A stretch of 40,339 bases of DNA from Promethearchaeia archaeon (lineage in GTDB: Archaea > Asgardarchaeota > Lokiarchaeia > Sigyniarchaeales > SOKP01): contig JAHQWJ010000046.1 in NCBI GenBank assembly GCA_029856125.1, forward strand, positions 1-40,339, read 5' to 3'. Below, one piece after another: positions 1 through 7,062 of the stretch; position 1 is the stretch's first letter, and the number at the start of each line of letters is the position of its first letter. The notes beneath the pieces are model-generated. The model did no database searches. It saw only the letters and a list, made by a program, of their open reading frames with translations, and was not told where the DNA came from. Position numbers and translations under genes: made by a program.

Positions 1-1996
1 AATTTTCATAATCTTTGTTAAGTTTAGCCCGAAATTTTTTCTTAAACTTATAATTTGGATATTTTTCAAGAGGATACATTTTGGAAAGTGCATCAGGAAC
101 AAGAATTCCATCCTCAATCAACTCATGAAATTCTTCAAGTTTTTTATTTCCATTCTCGTACGCAAGTTTTGATTCTTCTTTTGATTTATCTAATGTTTTT
201 CCAAAATCTATTGCTGATTTCATCTCTGAATGTTCCCTGGTATTAAAAATCCATTCAATAACGGGAATATTAGAAACTGCTGAGTGTTGAGTGACATCTG
301 GAAGGATCAGGAATTTCGGACAATAATAATGATCATTACTACTACTAATGAGTCTTGGAACAAATATAAAATCTAGATCGGGGTGATTTTTCGATAAATA
401 ATTCACATGACCATAATGAATCTTGACTGGAATGCATAAATCGGTAGCAGATTGATTAGATCCGTTGGTAAGAATTTCTTTGTTTGTTTCTGGACTCACA
501 ATAACTTCGCAACCAAGACTTGTAAGCATTCCTTCCCATAATGGAAAATACTTGTAGAAATACAGGGAACGTGGTATACCTACCTTCAGTCTTTTCGTCT
601 TTTCAGTTTTTTTCTGAATAGAATTATAATTCGTCTTTTCGTACAAGTTTCGAAATAGGTTCTTGGGATCCGTTCGTTCTTTCACTTCATCGTATAATTT
701 CTTGTTATATATCTTCCAGAACACGTCTTCCTCGTAGAAATTGTGAGTTATCAGGGTTTTCATTCCCTTGAGCTCTTGAACCTTTTCTTCTAGCGCTTTA
801 TAGAAGTTAAATCCCTTTCTTTTTTGTTCGAACCCGTAGATAGCAAAATCTATGAATAGCTCATCCTCGACGGTAGCGAACATGTCTTGATTGAGCCACG
901 GGTAGAACTTGTACCCATCTAGTTTGTTTTTTTGCATGCGGTAAGGGACGATCCATACCGGGAAGTAATCAAATAACTCCAGGTACCAATCGAAAAATTC
1001 TTCCGCGTGAGTGATTGGTATGAAGACATCAATAATCACATCCGGTTTTCCCCCCTTCTTAGTTAAAAATGGCAATCGTTCACTGATCTTAAGAATATTT
1101 GTCGATCCAAGTATAAAGGGCCCTGTTAACCACCGGACTACTTTATTCTCAAAAATTCCTCCAGCAACATTCCTTATCGCCCAGTGACAATCTGCATCAT
1201 ACCTGAAAAAATAATCTATGGTGGAGAGGAAGTCTTGCTTTTTTTTCATCGCACTTTTGTAATAAATATCGTAGAAATATTCACTCTTGTAAGGAGCTTC
1301 CTCCTCATCAACGAAGCTGGCAACGCAGAGTACGTTCATATTCTTGGAGAAGATAAGCCCGTCCATCATTTCAATATCCTGCTTTTCGTAGTGTTGCTTG
1401 ATAGCTTCTAGGTATTTACTAAAAGTATCGTAATGGATGTAATCAATGCGGACACACTCTTTTGCTGAAACGAGCTTAAACTTCAGGAGTGTGATGATTG
1501 CAATCGTGCCGAAACTCCCGTGCAGCATCTCGAATATTTCATGGTTATCACTTTTCGTGCATAACATTATGTCACCTGTTCCCGTCACAATCTCTATTTC
1601 TTCACAGGAATCGAAAAATCCCCCATATTTGAAAGACATGGATTCAACTGAACATCCTGCTACTGCCCCGCCTATCGTGATTCCCTTGAGCTCGGAAACA
1701 CATTGCGGTACGAGCCCATGCTTTAAGGTTTCTGTTGCAAGCCTAACAAAAGTAATCCCTGCTTCTGCAATACATGTTTTTGTATCCGTGTTTATCTCAA
1801 TAATGTCTGTAAGTGACTTCACATCTATCGGTTTGTCACTATAGATCGGGTTATCTGGCTGTGGAGCCATGTGGGAAACGCTCGCCTTTTTTAGAGAGAA
1901 AAATTCCCCCGGCTTTGCGTTATCGTACGCATTTCTAACCATTTCAGAGATAGCTTCTACTTTTCTCTTATGTATTGCTAGTTTTTCTCCACTCAT
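1..1996 (-). CDS. Fusion of a VAO/PCMH-family FAD-binding oxidoreductase (DHCR24/DWF1/TmsA-like) and a C-terminal DUF2229 (COG3580) domain; partial, runs off the left edge
   Basis: Translated by hand from ATG at 1996 (MSGEKLAIHK...). It is absent from the ORF track because it has no stop in the window. FAD motif PQCVSELKGITIGGAVAGCSVESMSFKYGGFF and HGSFGT, then ...DPKNLFRNLYEK, reads in frame into RLKVGIPRSLYFYKYFPLW...DLCIPVKIHYGH...YYCPKFLILPD. Confidence 0.85.
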   Translation of the reverse strand, partial: MSGEKLAIHKRKVEAISEMVRNAYDNAKPGEFFSLKKASVSHMAPQPDNPIYSDKPIDVKSLTDIIEINTDTKTCIAEAGITFVRLATETLKHGLVPQCVSELKGITIGGAVAGCSVESMSFKYGGFFDSCEEIEIVTGTGDIMLCTKSDNHEIFEMLHGSFGTIAIITLLKFKLVSAKECVRIDYIHYDTFSKYLEAIKQHYEKQDIEMMDGLIFSKNMNVLCVASFVDEEEAPYKSEYFYDIYYKSAMKKKQDFLSTIDYFFRYDADCHWAIRNVAGGIFENKVVRWLTGPFILGSTNILKISERLPFLTKKGGKPDVIIDVFIPITHAEEFFDWYLELFDYFPVWIVPYRMQKNKLDGYKFYPWLNQDMFATVEDELFIDFAIYGFEQKRKGFNFYKALEEKVQELKGMKTLITHNFYEEDVFWKIYNKKLYDEVKERTDPKNLFRNLYEKTNYNSIQKKTEKTKRLKVGIPRSLYFYKYFPLWEGMLTSLGCEVIVSPETNKEILTNGSNQSATDLCIPVKIHYGHVNYLSKNHPDLDFIFVPRLISSSNDHYYCPKFLILPDVTQHSAVSNIPVIEWIFNTREHSEMKSAIDFGKTLDKSKEESKLAYENGNKKLEEFHELIEDGILVPDALSKMYPLEKYPNYKFKKKFRAKLNKDYEN

Positions 1997-2236
1997 GTCA
2001 AACTCAGTGTTTTTTCAAGAAAAATATAACAGCTTTTACAAACTTAGAATAAATCAAATAACACAGTTTAAAATAAAAATTTACCCATTGAAAACACATT
2101 CTCAATCGTATGTTAATCTTATTAAGTAAATACATCAAATTTAATAATGAAAAACAATAATTATCTAATTCAAACTTTAAATTTCTCAATCTCATGATCT
2201 TCTAAATAAAAAAAGCTTAAACAATATATGGGAACT

Positions 2237-3313
2237 TTATACTTCTTGTTTTGATTTAATTGTTAGGTGGTGTTTTCTTCCAAGATATAATCTTCTTTTC
2301 TTTCTCCGAATCATTTCGACAAAGGATTCGACGCGCGTCAACAGGCCAGCTTCTCCCGAATGCTCATCCATTATAATCTCTAAAAAGGGAAGGCCTACAA
2401 CTTTCATGTCTCTCATAATTAATTCTGAAATGAGACTATCTGGACCGCAAGCAAAACTTATCAAAAAGATTACACCATCGATTTCCTCTCTCCCTTCAGT
2501 AAGAAAATAACGAATACCTTGCATGATTTCTTCTTCGTGGCGCCAATAGTTTCGTAGCTTACCGCCTCTTGGATTAACTATGACGGGTTTCTTAAAAACA
2601 AATTCGGGTAAATTTTCAATCGTAATAACTTCGACGCCTTGATCTTTTAGCTTTTTCTGAAAGTCAAGATTAATGAATATGTCGAAAATGTTATAACCGT
2701 GCCCTAAAAGTAGAAACTTAATATCACCCGTACTTTTCTTCTTAGGTAATGTGAAAGGGCGATCCCTTTCAGTTAATCTTAAGGCGTGATTGACAGAAGA
2801 ACCATTTCTTAAAAATTCGCGATATTCGTCGAAATACTTTTGGGCTTCTCTGTATGCGTTTAATGCTTGATTTTGATTCTTCCCTAATTGTCTTCCGAGT
2901 TCAATGGCTGCTGTAGATATCGGAAATTCTTTAACGTTTACTTCGAAATTCAAAATTTTTGGAATATCAGGCAAGATTTTAATTACATCGGGTAACGACA
3001 AAAATTTAGGGCAGAAATAAGAGTCTTTTACTTCAGATACATACCTCGGTACAAAAACAAAGTCTAAATCGGGATGATCCGCTACCAATTTTAAAAGCTG
3101 CCCGTAGTATATCTTAACTGGAATGCACAACTCGCCAAATCCGTGAGTTACGCCTTCTTCAACTATTTTTTTATTAGTTAGGGGACTTACAACAATTTCT
3201 GCGTCGAGTTCTTCGAGAATTTTTTTCCAAAATGGGAAATACCTATAAAAATGAAGTGCTCTCGGTATCCCTACCTTGAGTTTTTTCTTTATCGATTGTT
3301 GTGGTACTTCCAT
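2237..3313 (-). CDS. DUF2229/COG3580 acyl-CoA dehydratase activase-related protein (2-hydroxyacyl-CoA dehydratase-like Fe-S subunit; PlsA/Ger family domain)
   Basis: Motifs KVGIPRAL, VSPLTN, ELCIPVK, YFCPKF, SFACGPDS and DEHSGEAGLLTRVESF, with three conserved Cys. Confidence 0.85.
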   Translation of the reverse strand: MEVPQQSIKKKLKVGIPRALHFYRYFPFWKKILEELDAEIVVSPLTNKKIVEEGVTHGFGELCIPVKIYYGQLLKLVADHPDLDFVFVPRYVSEVKDSYFCPKFLSLPDVIKILPDIPKILNFEVNVKEFPISTAAIELGRQLGKNQNQALNAYREAQKYFDEYREFLRNGSSVNHALRLTERDRPFTLPKKKSTGDIKFLLLGHGYNIFDIFINLDFQKKLKDQGVEVITIENLPEFVFKKPVIVNPRGGKLRNYWRHEEEIMQGIRYFLTEGREEIDGVIFLISFACGPDSLISELIMRDMKVVGLPFLEIIMDEHSGEAGLLTRVESFVEMIRRKKRRLYLGRKHHLTIKSKQEV

Positions 3314-3334
3314 CTTGATACATCCCCCTATAAT

Positions 3335-5011
3335 CTATGCATCTGGGCTATCATAAAGAAGTAAATCTTTAATTTGGGCCATCATGTTGGCTGTCAAACG
3401 CTTCAATTCTTCATAGTCAGGCATTGGTTTACCCCAGTGTTTTTTATGTTCCATGAATGGTGGTCCCGCCTTCATTATCTGACCTCTATAAAAGCTTAAC
3501 ATCTTAGCGTGCTTTGGGTAGGTTTTTTCTGTGCCTGTTATTCCAACCAATAGAATCGGTACTTGTTTTTCAATTGCCAATCGCATAGCTCCAGTGTGTC
3601 CTTCTAAAAGTTCACCACCACCCGCATTAGTAGTTCCTTCAGGGTACATGCATACTAAATCTCCTTTATCAAGTACATCCTTTGCGAAATTATAAGAGTC
3701 TACATCGTGTAGTCCTCGCTTTAATGGAAATGCGTGATGATTTCTAACCCAAGCGTTAACTAGCGGTGGTTTGAATAAAGATTGTTTGGCCATTTGGTAA
3801 AGAACTCGTTTTCTGTGGTAGATTAAGGATGCTGCAAAGATAAGTACGTCCCATTCTGAGTTGTGGTTAGTGCAGACAACAGCTGCGCCTTCGTCAGGGA
3901 TATACTTTTCAAAATCGATTACCTTGTAAGGCATCATTAAATTGCTCCAATTGCACACTAGCCATCCTGAGAAATTATGAACTGTTTCTTGGAATTTGGC
4001 TCGTAATCCAAATGCTTCTAAACTTTTTAATAAGGAATACCACAAATCATCGACGAATCCTAAAGCACCCTTTCCAAAATCTTTCAAGTATCTCATAGGG
4101 GATGACGATTCTTTCGGTTTTTGAGCATCTTCTGGAGAACCGATTGATAATTCTACTTTTTTTTGTTTCCTTGTATCTACAATAACGTAATCTCGTAAGT
4201 CCATTACTACTTGTCTTAATTCTGCAGATAGTCTTTTTATTTCATCGTACGATATTGTATTAATGTCGTAATCGTTATAATAAATAGGATCACCTACGCG
4301 CACTTTAACTTGCGTTGGTTTCATGACCAATTTACCTTTTGGCAAAGCATTCCTTGACCCAATTACTGCCATTGGAACAATAGGGACCTTCATTTCAATT
4401 GCAAGTCGAACTGCGCCGGTTTTAAATTCTCCAATCTCCCAACCAGTTTCTTCCCTAGATCTCGTGCCTTCGGGGAAAATTCCAACCCATTCACCTTCTT
4501 CAATTATTTCTTTGGCCATTTTCCAGGCTAGTTCAGGATTTTCTCGATCTAATTTGAATGCTCCTAAGTTGGTAAAGAGAGTTTTTACTAAGGGGGTTTT
4601 AAAATTATCCATTTTACTCATGTATCGAATTCTTCTATGACAAGCGGCTCCATAAAAAAATGGGTCTAAGTGGCTTTCATGTGAGCCCACGAGGATACCT
4701 CCACCATATTCTGGAAACATATTCCCTTGTGGGTATTCTGCTTTAAAATTCCATAGTAAACGAGCAAAAAATTTAATATAAACATATGCTGCCCACCACT
4801 GAAGCTTCCCTTCAACATCCTCAAGGCTCAACCGCTCAATAGCTTGGCGCCAGAGGTCGTTTAATGGATCAATCGGATTGTATTTTAAAAACTTGTAAGT
4901 CGCATTTTGATGACGTTTTCCAAAATCTAACTCTTCTTGTTCCTTTTCTTCAGTAGTTTTCACAATCCTACCTTCTTCTGAAGTTTTATAATCTTGTTCT
5001 TTAAGTTGCAT
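3335..5011 (-). CDS. Tandem two-domain lysophospholipid/glycerol-phosphate acyltransferase (PlsC-like x2)
   Basis: Domain 1 has SHESHLD...FPEGTRS...VPIVP. Domain 2 has NHNSEWD...YPEGTTN...VPILL. Start moved to ATG 5011 (MQLKEQ) to avoid overlap with the upstream HAD gene. Confidence 0.9.
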   Translation of the reverse strand: MQLKEQDYKTSEEGRIVKTTEEKEQEELDFGKRHQNATYKFLKYNPIDPLNDLWRQAIERLSLEDVEGKLQWWAAYVYIKFFARLLWNFKAEYPQGNMFPEYGGGILVGSHESHLDPFFYGAACHRRIRYMSKMDNFKTPLVKTLFTNLGAFKLDRENPELAWKMAKEIIEEGEWVGIFPEGTRSREETGWEIGEFKTGAVRLAIEMKVPIVPMAVIGSRNALPKGKLVMKPTQVKVRVGDPIYYNDYDINTISYDEIKRLSAELRQVVMDLRDYVIVDTRKQKKVELSIGSPEDAQKPKESSSPMRYLKDFGKGALGFVDDLWYSLLKSLEAFGLRAKFQETVHNFSGWLVCNWSNLMMPYKVIDFEKYIPDEGAAVVCTNHNSEWDVLIFAASLIYHRKRVLYQMAKQSLFKPPLVNAWVRNHHAFPLKRGLHDVDSYNFAKDVLDKGDLVCMYPEGTTNAGGGELLEGHTGAMRLAIEKQVPILLVGITGTEKTYPKHAKMLSFYRGQIMKAGPPFMEHKKHWGKPMPDYEELKRLTANMMAQIKDLLLYDSPDA

Positions 5012-5024
5012 AAATAGAATCCTC

Positions 5025-5810
5025 TTAGGATTTGATTTTAATACTATTTTGTGAATTTGAATTTGATAAATTTTTATTTTCAATTAGCCTTTTTAAATCA
5101 TCCAACGAATCAATTAACAAATGCGGTTGAAATTCCGCTAACATCTCTTTCTTGCTTACTCCAGTTGCTACTCCTATAGTCCATACTCCTGCTTCCTTTC
5201 CTGCTTGAATATCTGATGGCATATCACCAATCATGATAAACTCTTTTAAGTTACAGGATTTATAGCTCTCAAAAACAGGATTTAATGAGTTAGGATCTGG
5301 TTTAAGATCCGGTAAAAGATCTGCTCCAAACACTCCTTTAAACATGCTTTTCACATTGTTACTTTCAAGGTGTGGAATAATATTTTTAGTTTGGTTATGA
5401 GAAACAATAAAGAAATCGTAAGATTTTTTAAACTTTTTAATAAAATCATCTGCTTCTGGATAAAATGGAGCTTCTTTAGCGTATGTTAAATATGTTGTGA
5501 ATATTTTCGTAGCAATTCGTAGTTTTTTTAAGAATGTTATGGAGTGAAGTGATGTTATGTATTTAAATAATTCAAACGCTTCTAGTATGATTTTAGGGAG
5601 TGGAGTTCCTTGAATTATCTCCATCAATGCACCAATCTCTTGCATTGTCGTCTCGATATCATAGTTAATCTGTTTTTCATTGAAAACTTCTTCTATTGAA
5701 TTTCTCAATGATTCTCTTATATCGAGGAGAGTCCCGTCAAAATCGAATATAATTCCTCGAATTGTCCCGTTTTGAATCCGTTTAACTAATTCGTTGTCAG
5801 AGCTCATCAT
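5025..5810 (-). CDS. HAD-superfamily phosphatase (phosphoglycolate-phosphatase-like, cap C1)
   Basis: Motif I FDFDGTL, motif II SH, KPDP and motif IV IGDMPSD. Confidence 0.9.
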   Translation of the reverse strand: MMSSDNELVKRIQNGTIRGIIFDFDGTLLDIRESLRNSIEEVFNEKQINYDIETTMQEIGALMEIIQGTPLPKIILEAFELFKYITSLHSITFLKKLRIATKIFTTYLTYAKEAPFYPEADDFIKKFKKSYDFFIVSHNQTKNIIPHLESNNVKSMFKGVFGADLLPDLKPDPNSLNPVFESYKSCNLKEFIMIGDMPSDIQAGKEAGVWTIGVATGVSKKEMLAEFQPHLLIDSLDDLKRLIENKNLSNSNSQNSIKIKS

Positions 5811-5909
5811 TACTTATTAAAAAACAGCTAAATTTTTAATAACATTACATTTAATATTGATGTTTTATCTTTTACTTAAATCATCTTCTAATAAAAAGAT
5901 ATTGGTTAT

Positions 5910-5933
5910 AATCATACACTATAGAGTATGATT
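5910..5933. promoter_or_regulatory. 24-bp near-perfect palindrome, candidate repressor operator upstream of the HAD-PlsC operon
   Basis: AATCATAC-A-CTATAG-A-GTATGATT (one mismatched pair), 100 bp upstream of the 5810 start. Confidence 0.5.
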
Positions 5934-6147
5934 TGTTTTCGTGTAACTTAACGTCAGAAAGGAGTTTTCACAAGTGATAGGAACAAGCACCATTAAAAAT
6001 TGGATTAGTAATTTCTTGATCATATCAAATATAATTCTAAAGACCAAGATACTGGGAACCAGACCCCATTAGCTGCAATATTGCCCTTTTAATAAGTAAT
6101 TTTTAAATAACATGGGTGAAATAAATATATAAGTAGAGGTTTTTAGT

Positions 6148-6294
6148 ATGGAAATACAGAAAGAATTTCAAAAGGATAAGTATAGACACGGTGAATTTCT
6201 GGAAATGACTCCCATAAAAGAGGAAAAACTTTTAAAGCTTTTTCTAAAAAGAAATCATTACCCAATCAGGATTGAATACGAAGCACCTCAGTAA
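6148..6294 (+). CDS. Putative small protein, 48 aa (MEIQKEFQKDKYRHGEF...IEYEAPQ)
   Basis: ATG preceded by GAGGT at 7-nt spacing and a TATA-like ATAAATATATAA; below the ORF track cutoff. Confidence 0.4.
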   Translation: MEIQKEFQKDKYRHGEFLEMTPIKEEKLLKLFLKRNHYPIRIEYEAPQ

Positions 6295-6323
6295 ATATTA
6301 AAACTTAGATAACCTTATTCACT

Positions 6324-6349
6324 CACGAATTTGTCCCACGAATTTGTCC
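6324..6349. repeat. 13-bp perfect tandem duplication (CACGAATTTGTCC x2)
   Basis: Read directly from the sequence. Confidence 0.8.
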
Positions 6350-6472
6350 AAACTTATTTATTTTATCGTTAGAATTTCCTAACGCCTTGTTTTTGTTGTT
6401 GAAATACTTAAATAATATGCGGTAGATGTAACTACAAGATGGATATTTAACTCTAAGAAGGTTTTGACAAAT

Positions 6473-6877
6473 ATGTCTGAAAAAATATCTAATGACGTGA
6501 AGGAAGGAACATTCGCCGAGGCGATCCTAGAGACCTACGGTCCACTCAATAACAACGAGAAGTTTAAAGAGAAATATGCTGATAAAAGTTTTAAAATTCT
6601 TTTAAATCCAAAAGACGGAAAATTTGCTGCTTTAATTACCGTAAATAATGGAACAGTTTCAATTAAAGGATTAGATAACCAAGATAAAAAAAACCTCGAT
6701 CAGAAAGAAATCGGCTGGGACGGCTACATGCAAACTACTTTAGCTTTATTTGATGAGATCGGTAAAGGAAACCTGTCTCAAAGCGATATCGTAAAGAAAG
6801 TGGTGGCTCGTAAAATTAAAATGAAAAATGTGAAATTTGTGGCAAAACTCTCCGAAATGGGAGCACTCTTAAATTAA
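6473..6877 (+). CDS. SCP2-like sterol/lipid-binding domain protein
   Basis: About 134 aa with the pattern LITVNNGTVSI...DGYMQTT...IGKGNLS...KIKMK, typical of the SCP2 fold. ATG 6473 is preceded by GAAGGT. Confidence 0.6.
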   Translation: MSEKISNDVKEGTFAEAILETYGPLNNNEKFKEKYADKSFKILLNPKDGKFAALITVNNGTVSIKGLDNQDKKNLDQKEIGWDGYMQTTLALFDEIGKGNLSQSDIVKKVVARKIKMKNVKFVAKLSEMGALLN

Positions 6878-6892
6878 TAATATTTAATTCTT

Positions 6893-6903
6893 TATTTTTT
6901 TTT
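6893..6903 (+). terminator. Archaeal U-rich terminator after the SCP2-like gene
   Basis: T-run just after the stop codon. Confidence 0.45.
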
Positions 6904-7062
6904 CAAGGTATTCTTTCGTTCTAACGCCTGTATCCTTTTTTTCCTATAATCTGTCAGCATAATTCAATACTAATTGGGAATAACAGCTAGCTATTTATAT
7001 GCGATTTGTCACTAATGTTGTAACTCTAATAACAGCTTACCAAGATTAATGAGGAATGAGAT

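Noticed and set aside
55-2195. Short track ORFs at 55, 1184, 1446, 1869 and 2004
   Set aside because: They are antisense shadows of the long minus-strand fusion gene or low-complexity intergenic frames.
5012-5083. N-terminal extension of the acyltransferase given in the ORF track
   Set aside because: It overlaps the HAD gene end; ATG 5011 gives a clean 13-bp spacer.
6367-6929. CTAACGCCT on both sides of the SCP2-like gene as possible cassette ends
   Set aside because: Only 9 bp, with no integrase or attC-like structure, so support is insufficient.
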